Positions 9,478-18,230 of a stretch of DNA of 64,000 nt are shown piece by piece (position 1 is the first letter of the stretch; every line of letters starts with the position of its first letter). A program made the position numbers and the translations under genes. Source of the DNA: an uncultured delta proteobacterium (GTDB lineage: Bacteria > Desulfobacterota > Desulfobacteria > Desulfobacterales > SG8-13); the NCBI GenBank assembly GCA_963848135.1, contig CAWKCK010000005.1, positions 496,001 to 560,000 on the forward strand, read 5' to 3'. The notes beneath the pieces were generated by a model. It had not been told where the DNA came from and searched no databases. It saw only the letters and a program-made list of their open reading frames with translations.

Positions 9478-10200
9478 TCATGCGCATTCGGGATTTTTTC
9501 TCAATATTTTCAGCCCATGGGGACAGACCGCCGAGCAGATACCACAGTTGTGCCCGTTGTGATATTGGAAGTAGTGTTCCTTTTTCCACTGGTCGCATGC
9601 GCGCACATTCAGGATTTCTTCCCTTGGTAAGCCTGGATACCATGCGTTGCCGACCAGGGCATCTGCCGGGCAGGCATCGACGCACGCCATGCACCGTCCG
9701 CAAAAACTGCGATTCACTGGTAATCCGAAGGGCAATATCATATCTGTGAAAACCGTTCCCAGACGGACCCAGGGGCCGAATTCACGCGTAATCAGCTGGC
9801 AGTGACGCCCGATCCACCCGATACCTGCCCTGGTGGCGGCCGATTTGTGCGGGAAGTCTCCCTTGATATGAATCGTATCCGTGCGCTCGGAAGCTTCCAG
9901 TGGAAGTGCTCGATATCCGCGTTTTTTTATCTCTGTTGCCAGGTTTACAGAAAGTTTGTTGATGCGCAGGTTAACTCTGGTGTACTCATCAGCATAGTTT
10001 TGATTCGGACCCTTTTGGATTGCGGCCATTATTTGTGGATCCATCGCCATCGCCATTGATATGGCTGATGGATACCGCTGACCGGTATTATCCAGGGGCG
10101 TGGAAAATTCACGTAGATCGGCAACACCCCAGAGGTGAATGCTTTGTGCATTCATCCAAGAGGAAAGCCAAGTCGGAAAAGAGGGGTTGGCGTCCGTCAT
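9478..10200 (-). CDS. QueG-like (epoxyqueuosine reductase family) 4Fe-4S dicluster protein
   Basis: HKSAATRAGIGWIGR, FGPWVRL, CGRCMACVDACP, CGICSAVCP. Confidence 0.8.
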   Translation of the reverse strand: MTDANPSFPTWLSSWMNAQSIHLWGVADLREFSTPLDNTGQRYPSAISMAMAMDPQIMAAIQKGPNQNYADEYTRVNLRINKLSVNLATEIKKRGYRALPLEASERTDTIHIKGDFPHKSAATRAGIGWIGRHCQLITREFGPWVRLGTVFTDMILPFGLPVNRSFCGRCMACVDACPADALVGNAWYPGLPREEILNVRACDQWKKEHYFQYHNGHNCGICSAVCPHGLKILRKNPECA

Positions 10201-10216
10201 TAATATACCTCAAGGA

Positions 10217-10480
10217 TCGGGGAGTTTTTCCCGCAAATGCTGAACCAGAGCGGATGGAATAATCAGCAGCGCAAGCGGGCACTGTCTGAATGTTTTAGGC
10301 CGCCTTGGGAAAGAACAGCGGCAAGCCCGGCTCTCGTAATCAGGCCCCAAACGGTGAATAGGGCTGAATAGTTTTATATCATTATGAAATCTGTTCTTTC
10401 CTTAGGCTGCCTTATGCATGAGTTTGCGCGCTGAAGTCGCTGATTATTCCATCCGCTCCCGGTTAGTGAAAACTCCCCGA
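10217..10480. repeat. long imperfect inverted repeat (foldback), possibly a long attC-like site
   Basis: Perfect 12-bp (10217-10228/10469-10480) and 20-bp (10248-10267/10439-10458) arms; inner 19/22-bp arms. Confidence 0.85.
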
Positions 10481-10691
10481 GGGCTCATATACCTTTAAAA
10501 TTGTTACCAGATTCTTGAAATTGTTGGAAACGGATATGTAGCACCGCATTACGGCTTTTGTGCTTTATCATTTTAAAATTGAAGCATCAATAAACGATTG
10601 AATGCATTTTACCGAATGGCGGCCCCAGGACCCCGGGTAAAACCGTCAACTTTCTGGTGTTTACCGCAACACGGTAGGGATACTCCTTTGT

Positions 10692-12344
10692 TTGGTCCGA
10701 AAAGCAAAATCTTACGGGAAACCGCAGATGAAAGCAGACCATGAAGCGAAGGGAGAGATTCGATTGGTGGATGAAAAATTGGGTACTCAAAGCAGCATCA
10801 CTTCCGAAGACGACATCACTGAAGTGGTTACACGAATTATGGCTGCGCTTGTACGCCGGTTTCCGGTCTGCATGGCCAGTGACGAGTTTCATTTTTTCCC
10901 TCAGGCCCGCGCCGACCATCCCGATTGGTCCCGCTGGGACGATTTCTCAGCGGAATCCATCGCTGAATTTGAAATGCTTACGGGGCAATGGCAGAAAACA
11001 CTTGCGCACTTCTGTAAATCCAATCCGGATCCTGCCGCGGTCATCGATGCCGGGCTTATCCAGCGTGTACTCCAGACCCTGGTGGAGCAGTTGACCATCG
11101 TTTCGCCCCAGCGCAATCAACCCACTTATTACCTGACGATCCTGGGTATCGGCCTGTCGGAGGCATTTGATCACGGAACTCAGGCATGGTTTGCCCGCCT
11201 GCGCGGCCTCCCCAACTTCCTCCGCCAGGCCCGCCGCAACCTGCAAAGTGTTCCTCAGGAATTCGGCCGTATGGGACTGCAGATGCTACACAGCCAGGTC
11301 GCCTGGCTGAAATCCCTGGTGCCGCCCGGAAATCTCCTCCAGCCGGTTCTGGCAGCACTGTCTGATTTTGAGACCTTTCTCCGAAAGGCCCCGGATGCCA
11401 AAGCGTATCTGCCCGATGTGGCCGTTTTTGAGAGTATTGCGGAAGTGCACATGGGCTGCGGGCTGAAAGTGGATGCAATCGCGAACGCCATCGAGCAGGA
11501 ATTGGACGAAACCCGAGAAATCTTGACCCAAGCGGCGGAACGCCTGGCACCCGGTCAACCCTGGCAAAAGGTCATTGGCGGGTTGCCCCGACCGAAGACA
11601 ACCACCGGAGGCGTATTAGAACTTTACCGTCAAACCATTGACCAGTTGTCCCGGCACTGCGTGGACCAAGGAATCCTGGCTTCCGAGGAGGCGCTGGCCT
11701 GGCCGGTCAAGGTTGAAATAATTCCGGAATACATGCGCCCAGTGCGCAGCAATGCCGCCTTCAGCGCGCCTCCCGGCCATCCGCCGCGGGGCGGAACATT
11801 CTACATTCAGTCCCCAACCGATGGAAGAAATGAATTACCAGCAGACTACCGCCTGCTGGTCGCTCATGAGACCTTTCCGGGTCACCATTTACTGGACAGC
11901 CGCCGCTGGTCATTAGAGCGGAGTTCCCGGCGCTACATCGAATTTCCTATCTTTTACGAAGGCTGGGCCAGCTTTGCTGAAGAATTGATGTTTGAAACCG
12001 GATTTTTTGAAGATCTAATCGACCGGATACTTCTGGCCAACCGCCGATTCTGGCGAGCTATGCGCGGCCGCGTCGACCTGGAGATCCACATGCGGCAACG
12101 CACCCTGGACGACGCTGCGGCCCTGCTATCTAAAAACGGTCTGGCGCCCGCGCGTGCCCGGGCCATGGTAAAGCGATACATCTTGAAACCGGGCTATCAG
12201 TTAGCATACACCGTTGGACGGCGCCGGTTTCGACGGCTTTATGATCAATTCCGGCAAACAGGTCAGGCAGCGCCGGCCTTTGCCCGCCGGATACTGACCC
12301 AGGGGGAAATCGGGTTCGATACCCTCACTGACGATCTTTTCTAA
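10692..12344 (+). CDS. DUF885 family zincin-like metallopeptidase (start uncertain: 10692/10728/10767)
   Basis: AHETFPGHHL, YEGWASFAE, PGYQLAYTVG motifs; no signal peptide evident. Confidence 0.85.
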   Translation: MVRKAKSYGKPQMKADHEAKGEIRLVDEKLGTQSSITSEDDITEVVTRIMAALVRRFPVCMASDEFHFFPQARADHPDWSRWDDFSAESIAEFEMLTGQWQKTLAHFCKSNPDPAAVIDAGLIQRVLQTLVEQLTIVSPQRNQPTYYLTILGIGLSEAFDHGTQAWFARLRGLPNFLRQARRNLQSVPQEFGRMGLQMLHSQVAWLKSLVPPGNLLQPVLAALSDFETFLRKAPDAKAYLPDVAVFESIAEVHMGCGLKVDAIANAIEQELDETREILTQAAERLAPGQPWQKVIGGLPRPKTTTGGVLELYRQTIDQLSRHCVDQGILASEEALAWPVKVEIIPEYMRPVRSNAAFSAPPGHPPRGGTFYIQSPTDGRNELPADYRLLVAHETFPGHHLLDSRRWSLERSSRRYIEFPIFYEGWASFAEELMFETGFFEDLIDRILLANRRFWRAMRGRVDLEIHMRQRTLDDAAALLSKNGLAPARARAMVKRYILKPGYQLAYTVGRRRFRRLYDQFRQTGQAAPAFARRILTQGEIGFDTLTDDLF

Positions 12345-12355
12345 GGAGGTAAACC

Positions 12356-13747
12356 GTGTCCAGTTTTCAAGGCTATCATTCCGAATGGAACTTGGGCAGT
12401 CCCGGCGGATGGGACTATCAGCGCATCACACAGGAAATTGCGCGCGTCGTATGGCACGAGATCAATCGGGTCCGGCCCACCGGGGTTGAACTGGATTTCG
12501 ATCACCCCATGTTTTACCCTGTGGTCGGTTTCACCGAAATGCTGATCCAGGTGCACCGCCGCCGTAATGGTAACAATCCCGGCTTAATCGCCGTGGTGGC
12601 CGAAGAGGAAACGCTGACAGAGGTGACCGAAAATATCAATCTGGCCCGCCGGTTGGACACTGTCGAAGGTATCACCGGCATTCTGGCTGCCCCGCATGAA
12701 TTCGAGCTAAAAAACGGCCGGGTCTGCCACCAGGGACGACCTGTCTCCCTGGTATTTATGGATTTCAACAACGATGTTTTTTTAAAGTTACACCGCCGTC
12801 ACGATCTGACCCCGCTGATGCAGGCTATTCGTGAAAAGCGCACCCTCAATCCCCGCGGCACTGAACCCATCAATGTTAAAAGTATGTTCGAAGTCATTAC
12901 CGGCCCCCAATTCGAGCGGTTTCACCCGGAAACAGTCGCGCGTACGCCCTGGACCCGGCGGTTTTTCGAACGCCGGACCATTGGCCCCAGGGGCGAACGT
13001 ATTGATGATCTGGTCGCGTGGACCCGAGCGAACTGGTTAGATCTGGTTCTTAAACCTGAGCGGGGTTATTCCGGCATCGGGGTAAAAGTGGGGGGTGTGG
13101 ATCCATCCGGTGACGATGCTGTGGCCACCGCCTTGACACAGGGAGGCTATATTGTCCAGGAAAAGGTTGCCCTGGGCCTATGGGGAGAGGTCATGCCGGA
13201 ACTCGACCATGATCAGGGGCGAATCGTGCTGAAAAACCGGCAGACGGATTTCCGTTGCCTGATTGGGCCCAACGAAGTTTTCGGCTTCCTTTGCCGATTC
13301 GGCGATGTACCCACCAATGTGGGCAGTGGCGGCGGCGTCCAGCCCCTGGCAATCCTTCGATCGAACCTTACGGTGCGCCAGGCCGTCGACACGATTAACA
13401 ACACCATAGCCGATATGAATTTCACCGAACTGCTGGCGATAGAAGAGAAACAGAAAGCCTTGGCTCTGGAACAAAAATTCACCTATCTTCTGGGCCCCAT
13501 CAAGATGGCCTTGCGACCGCGCATCATCACCATTGAACAGCTCGCAGACCTCCAAAACTATTGCACCGCCATGTGGGCCGACAGCATGTTGCTGGAACAG
13601 ATGTGGTTTGCCGGCGAGCTGGACGAATACATCGACATCGAAGCCGAAGAATTGGAGATCGCCCGATTGCAACCCTGGAATGGAGGACCGGCAATCTTTG
13701 CCGCCGACGGTCTCTTCGACTTCGGCGCTCACCTGGAGGAACCATGA
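12356..13747 (+). CDS. ATP-grasp amide ligase related to circularly permuted ATP-grasp/glutathionylspermidine synthetase families, apparently with altered permutation
   Basis: EWNLGSPGG, TPWTRR, LVLKPERGYSGIGV, YIVQEKV, TNVGSGGG; AAGGAGG RBS. Confidence 0.75.
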   Translation: MSSFQGYHSEWNLGSPGGWDYQRITQEIARVVWHEINRVRPTGVELDFDHPMFYPVVGFTEMLIQVHRRRNGNNPGLIAVVAEEETLTEVTENINLARRLDTVEGITGILAAPHEFELKNGRVCHQGRPVSLVFMDFNNDVFLKLHRRHDLTPLMQAIREKRTLNPRGTEPINVKSMFEVITGPQFERFHPETVARTPWTRRFFERRTIGPRGERIDDLVAWTRANWLDLVLKPERGYSGIGVKVGGVDPSGDDAVATALTQGGYIVQEKVALGLWGEVMPELDHDQGRIVLKNRQTDFRCLIGPNEVFGFLCRFGDVPTNVGSGGGVQPLAILRSNLTVRQAVDTINNTIADMNFTELLAIEEKQKALALEQKFTYLLGPIKMALRPRIITIEQLADLQNYCTAMWADSMLLEQMWFAGELDEYIDIEAEELEIARLQPWNGGPAIFAADGLFDFGAHLEEP

Positions 13748-14523
13748 CCATCCACGTGAATCCGGACTGGTGGAAGACACTATTCGACGAAGTCTACCTG
13801 ATCACCGATGCCCGCACGGTTGGTAACGATGACACCACCCGCCGCGAAATCGACCTTTTCAGCCGCCTGCTGCCCATGGACACCGAGGATCGTATTCTGG
13901 ATCTATGCGGGGGACATGGCCGTCACACACTGGAATTGTGCCGGCGAGGATATAAGCACTGCACCGTTCTTGACTATTCGAAAACGCTACTGCGGATTGG
14001 CGCGCAAAACGCCGATCAAGGACACTACCCGATCCGATTTATCCAAGGCGATGCCCGGCAGACCCGGCTGGAATCCGGGTCATTCGACCATGTCCTGATA
14101 CTCGGCAATTCATTGGGGTACATCACTGACGCCGAATCCGATCTGCTTATTTTAAAGGAGAGTCGCCGGCTTCTCAAACAGGGGGGATGGCTGTTGCTGG
14201 ATGTAACCGACGGCGATGCGGTCCGGTCCCGGCTGACGCACACCGCCTGGCACGAAATCGACCAAAACGTGGTGGTCTGCCGGCAGCGCGAAATACGGGA
14301 TAATTGTGTATGTGCACGCGAAATGGTGCTCAGCAAAGACCGGGGATTGGTTCGCGATGCAACCTACTGCATCCGTCTCTACGATAACCGGGAGTTGATG
14401 ACATTGGCGAACAGCGCTGGTTTCCGTGAAGTCAGCATCCACACCATGGACGAAACCCAAGATCCCAAGATCGATTTGGGTTGCATGAACAACCGGTTGA
14501 TAGCCGTGGCGCGGCGACCGTAG
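13744..14523 (+). CDS. class I SAM-dependent methyltransferase
   Basis: ILDLCGGHGRH, QGDAR, GNSLGY, LKQGGWLLLD; ATGA overlap with the upstream stop. Confidence 0.9.
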   Translation: MTIHVNPDWWKTLFDEVYLITDARTVGNDDTTRREIDLFSRLLPMDTEDRILDLCGGHGRHTLELCRRGYKHCTVLDYSKTLLRIGAQNADQGHYPIRFIQGDARQTRLESGSFDHVLILGNSLGYITDAESDLLILKESRRLLKQGGWLLLDVTDGDAVRSRLTHTAWHEIDQNVVVCRQREIRDNCVCAREMVLSKDRGLVRDATYCIRLYDNRELMTLANSAGFREVSIHTMDETQDPKIDLGCMNNRLIAVARRP

Positions 14524-14563
14524 CCATCCTGTTAAAGCGAAAAACATTGCGCAGCAGCCCTTA

Positions 14564-14580
14564 ATGCAATATATTTGCAT
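14564..14580. promoter_or_regulatory. candidate Zur operator
   Basis: ATGCAA-TATAT-TTGCAT palindrome upstream of znuA; operon ends in a Fur-family gene. Confidence 0.55.
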
Positions 14581-14740
14581 TATAATATATATTGATTTAC
14601 TTGGGAATTTTTAAATAAACCAAATAAATACATATCCTTGACAGACAGATGTGATTTCTATGATATCGCTTGGCAATGGATATTTAGTTGCGAAATAATG
14701 GCAATGGCAAGGCTGTATCGTTTCAGTATGGATCTATACA

Positions 14741-15631
14741 ATGGCTCGGTTATTGATAATTAAAACTGTTATTATCTCAATTATAATAACTTTTTCTCAA
14801 GCAGGGCTCGCAAATGAACGCATGCCAGTATTTGTCAGTATTTCTCCGCAAAAATATTTTGTGCAACAAATTGGCAAAGATTTTGTCGATGTGCAGGTCA
14901 TGGTGCAACCCGGTGCTTCCCCCCATACCTATGAACCCCGGCCGCAACAAATGGTCGCTCTTTCCAAATCGAAACTGTATTTTGCCATTGGGGTTGCATT
15001 TGAAAACACCTGGTTGAAAAAAATAGCCGCCACGAATCCATCAATGAAGGTAATCCACACGGATCAGGGTATCGAGAAGTTCCCCATGGCCGATGGTCAT
15101 CATCATACTGAAGAAAAAGAGCCCCATGAGAGGGGCGAAAACGGCAGGCTCGATCCTCACATCTGGCTGTCGCCTCCCCTGGTGAAGAACCAGATTCGCA
15201 CGGTTTTGACCGCCTTGCAGGAAATCGATCCATCCCATCGTGATGTCTACGCGGCCAATTTCAATCAATTCGTTTCCCGAATTGACAAGCTGGACGCTGA
15301 GTTGAAGACCACATTCGCAAACCAACAGGGACTTCAGTTCATGGTGTTTCATCCGTCTTGGGGATATTTTGCCCATACCTATGGACTCGAGCAGATTCCC
15401 ATCGAGATTGAGGGCAAGACGCCAAAGCCGGGTCAATTGAAAGAGCTGATCGATCAGGCGAGAAAAAGGGGCATCAAGGTCGTTTTCGTCCAACCCCAGT
15501 TTTCCGCGAAAAGCGCCGCACTCGTCGCAAAAGAAATCGGCGGTCAGGTGGCATTGGCAGACCCTCTGGCAGAAGATTGGCTGTCAAACCTGAACCAGGT
15601 GGCCACCAAATTCAAAGCGACCTTGAAATAG
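14741..15631 (+). CDS. znuA: zinc ABC transporter substrate-binding protein
   Basis: Signal peptide, PGASPHTYEP, His-rich loop, DPHIWLSP, FHPSWGYF. Confidence 0.9.
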   Translation: MARLLIIKTVIISIIITFSQAGLANERMPVFVSISPQKYFVQQIGKDFVDVQVMVQPGASPHTYEPRPQQMVALSKSKLYFAIGVAFENTWLKKIAATNPSMKVIHTDQGIEKFPMADGHHHTEEKEPHERGENGRLDPHIWLSPPLVKNQIRTVLTALQEIDPSHRDVYAANFNQFVSRIDKLDAELKTTFANQQGLQFMVFHPSWGYFAHTYGLEQIPIEIEGKTPKPGQLKELIDQARKRGIKVVFVQPQFSAKSAALVAKEIGGQVALADPLAEDWLSNLNQVATKFKATLK

Positions 15632-15635
15632 AAAG

Positions 15636-16412
15636 ATGACGATGAAGACGCCAATTGTCGAAATGAAAAACGTGGCCTTTGCCTATAACGGGGAAGCCGT
15701 GCTGCGCGACGTGAGTCTGAATATCTGGCCGCAAGATTATATCGCCATGATCGGCCCCAATGGCGGTGGCAAAACCACCCTGCTGAAATTAATACTTGGC
15801 TTGCTCAAACCGGATACGGGTGTCATCCGTGTTGTTGGCCAATCCACTCAGAAGGCGTCATCCTGCATCGGATATGTACCACAGGACGTCCATATCAACC
15901 GCAGCTTTCCCATCACTGCCCTGGATCTGGTCCTGATGGGCAAGCTCGCCCCAAAAAAACGATGGGCCCGCAATTCGGCTTCTAACCGGCAAGAAGCATT
16001 GGCAGCACTTGAACAACTGGAGATGGCGTCCCGGGCGACAAAAAAAATCGGAGAACTTTCCGGGGGTCAACTCCAACGCGTCTTCATTGCCAGGGCTTTG
16101 GTGACTAAACCGAAATTGCTTCTTTTAGACGAACCGACAGCCAGCATCGACACCAAAGGACAGGCGGACTTTTTCAAGCTGCTCGGAGAACTCAATAAAA
16201 ATATTGCCATTTTGGTCGTGAGCCACGATCTTTTGGCCATATCCCGGTACGTCAAATCGGTGGCCTGCGTGAACAAGGGGATGCACTATCACAAGCAGGC
16301 GGAAATCACCGGGGATATGCTGGAGACAATGTATCCCTGCACTGACGAAGAATGGTGCCCCGTGGAACTGGTCGCCCACGGCTTGCCGCATCGGGTGTTA
16401 AAGGATCACTAA
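15636..16412 (+). CDS. znuC: zinc ABC transporter ATP-binding protein
   Basis: GPNGGGKTT, LSGGQLQR, LLLLDEPT. Confidence 0.9.
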   Translation: MTMKTPIVEMKNVAFAYNGEAVLRDVSLNIWPQDYIAMIGPNGGGKTTLLKLILGLLKPDTGVIRVVGQSTQKASSCIGYVPQDVHINRSFPITALDLVLMGKLAPKKRWARNSASNRQEALAALEQLEMASRATKKIGELSGGQLQRVFIARALVTKPKLLLLDEPTASIDTKGQADFFKLLGELNKNIAILVVSHDLLAISRYVKSVACVNKGMHYHKQAEITGDMLETMYPCTDEEWCPVELVAHGLPHRVLKDH

Positions 16413-16455
16413 TACGCATACGTCATGAATAGTCTTCAGGCCAGGGAACGTAACA

Positions 16456-17280
16456 ATGATCGATGCCCTACAATATGAGTTTATGCGCAACGCTTTGGTT
16501 GCCGGTTTATTGGCCAGCGTGATCTGCGGTATCATGGGGACTCTTGTGGTCGTCAACCGTATCGTATTTCTCTCCGGCGGCATCGCCCATGCTGCCTATG
16601 GTGGTATCGGTCTGGCTTTCTATTTTGGCTGGCCATACCTGTTGAGTACCATCGGCTTTTCACTTTTTGCCGCCATGGTGATGGCCGCCGTGAGCATGAA
16701 GGCCAAACATCGCGCCGATACGATCATCGGCGTCATATGGGCCTTGGGAATGTCTTTTGGTATCATACTATTGGACTTGACCCCGGGCTATAATGTGGAC
16801 TTGATGAGTTACCTGTTCGGCAGCATCCTGACGGTCCCCGCGTCGGATATCATCACCATGCTGATTATGGGAATATTGATTACGGTCTTGGTGGCGTATT
16901 ATTATAAAGATTTAATGGCATTATCCTACGATGAGGAATTTGCGCAGATCAGGGGCGTCCCGGTAAAAGGGCTCTACTTTGCGCTGATCGGCATGCTGGC
17001 GGTGACCATTGTCATGGTGATTCAGGTCGTCGGCCTGATACTGGTAATTGCCCTGCTGACCATACCGCCGTTCATCGTTGAAAAGCACGCCAAATCATTG
17101 GCGCAAATGATGGTGGGTTCCAGCGTACTGGGTGCCCTGTTCACCGTTACCGGCCTTTGGTTGTCATATACATACAACCTCACATCGGGCGCCTCGATCA
17201 TCATGGTCTCAGGAGTCTTTTTTTTGATCTCTATGGTGATTGAACGGGTGAGGTTGCATTCGGGAGTAAAAACCGATTAG
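16456..17280 (+). CDS. znuB: zinc ABC transporter permease
   Basis: GIAHAAYGGIG, YLFGSIL, multiple TM segments. Confidence 0.9.
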   Translation: MIDALQYEFMRNALVAGLLASVICGIMGTLVVVNRIVFLSGGIAHAAYGGIGLAFYFGWPYLLSTIGFSLFAAMVMAAVSMKAKHRADTIIGVIWALGMSFGIILLDLTPGYNVDLMSYLFGSILTVPASDIITMLIMGILITVLVAYYYKDLMALSYDEEFAQIRGVPVKGLYFALIGMLAVTIVMVIQVVGLILVIALLTIPPFIVEKHAKSLAQMMVGSSVLGALFTVTGLWLSYTYNLTSGASIIMVSGVFFLISMVIERVRLHSGVKTD

Positions 17281-17427
17281 AACGCCTCTTAAAAAATGCG
17301 CCTATAGACCCGACGCTGTGTTGCGGGCGGGCTCAAAATGTGCACAGACTTTCCGTGTATGCTTCGCTTTTTTGCCAACCCGCGCCTATTATTGACCTCT
17401 GATCCGCTATTTCTGAGATGGGGGTTG
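17278..17427. repeat. degenerate MITE-like intergenic element (family B)
   Basis: TAGAACGCCTCTTAAAAA...TTTCTGAGATGGGGGTTG ends resemble the element at 59716-59861. Confidence 0.4.
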
Positions 17428-17482
17428 TCGTAGAATATTCACTACCGCAGGGACGACTGTCTCCTCAATCCGAAGGATTGTT

Positions 17483-17923
17483 ATGTGCCATCAATGCAAT
17501 TACAATGAGATGTTAGCATCAGCGAAATTGGACGCCACAGCTAACCGGCTGCGCGTGTTGGAAGTCGTTGGCAACAACACATTCCCACTGTCGGCAGGAG
17601 ATATTTTTAAAACGCTCGCACGCGGTCGTTCGATTAACCGGGTGACCGTCTACCGTATCCTCGACCTGTTGGTCGATTATGGGGTTGTGGAACGGATCAG
17701 CACCGGCGGACGGGCCTTTTATTACGGACTGGCCCCCAATGATTTTCACGAACCCCACCCTCACTTTTACTGTAAGCGCTGCGGGCAGATGGACTGCCTG
17801 CGTCCGGAAAGCTTGAGCGTCGAAACCGACCCCTTATGGAAAACCTTCCCCGGCCGTATCGACAAGGTGGAAGTGCGTGTGGACGGAGTTTGCAAGAACT
17901 GCTTGAAACAGAACTCTAACTAG
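17483..17923 (+). CDS. Fur family transcriptional regulator, probably Zur
   Basis: TVYRILDLL, HPHFYCKRCG, CKNC; follows znuACB. Confidence 0.85.
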   Translation: MCHQCNYNEMLASAKLDATANRLRVLEVVGNNTFPLSAGDIFKTLARGRSINRVTVYRILDLLVDYGVVERISTGGRAFYYGLAPNDFHEPHPHFYCKRCGQMDCLRPESLSVETDPLWKTFPGRIDKVEVRVDGVCKNCLKQNSN

Positions 17924-17924
17924 A

Positions 17925-18053
17925 ACCTAATTTGAGCGATTGTCGAGGTTGCCACAGCTACAAGGAAGAAGTTCCGCGTTATAGTCGGCGATGCGGGACG
18001 GCATATGACGCCGTAGATGCGGCAAGATCGGCAATCCCGAAGCGGTTTCAAAT
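17925..18053 (+). repeat. dispersed repeat family A
   Basis: Closely matches 57502-57650, e.g. ACCTAATTTGAGCGATTGTCGAGGTT and ATGACGCCGTAGATGCGGCAA. Confidence 0.9.
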
Positions 18054-18230
18054 AATAAAATCAAACATGGATCATTTACCCGCAAAAACCACCAACTTTT
18101 TTGGAGATGATCCTTTTTTTAACTGCCCGCGCCTATTGCTCGAGCCTATATGTGAACCCATGGGCTTGATAACTATTGGAGGATCGATTTTCTTTCGACT
18201 GGCGTGTGAATGGTTGTAGCGGGGTTATGC

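Noticed and set aside
13561..13743. N-terminal extension of the methyltransferase ORF
   Set aside because: Overlaps the ligase gene; the ATG at 13744 has a GGAGG RBS and ATGA coupling.
17932..18219. 95-aa ORF after the Fur-family gene
   Set aside because: Runs through repeat family A; TTG start with no RBS.
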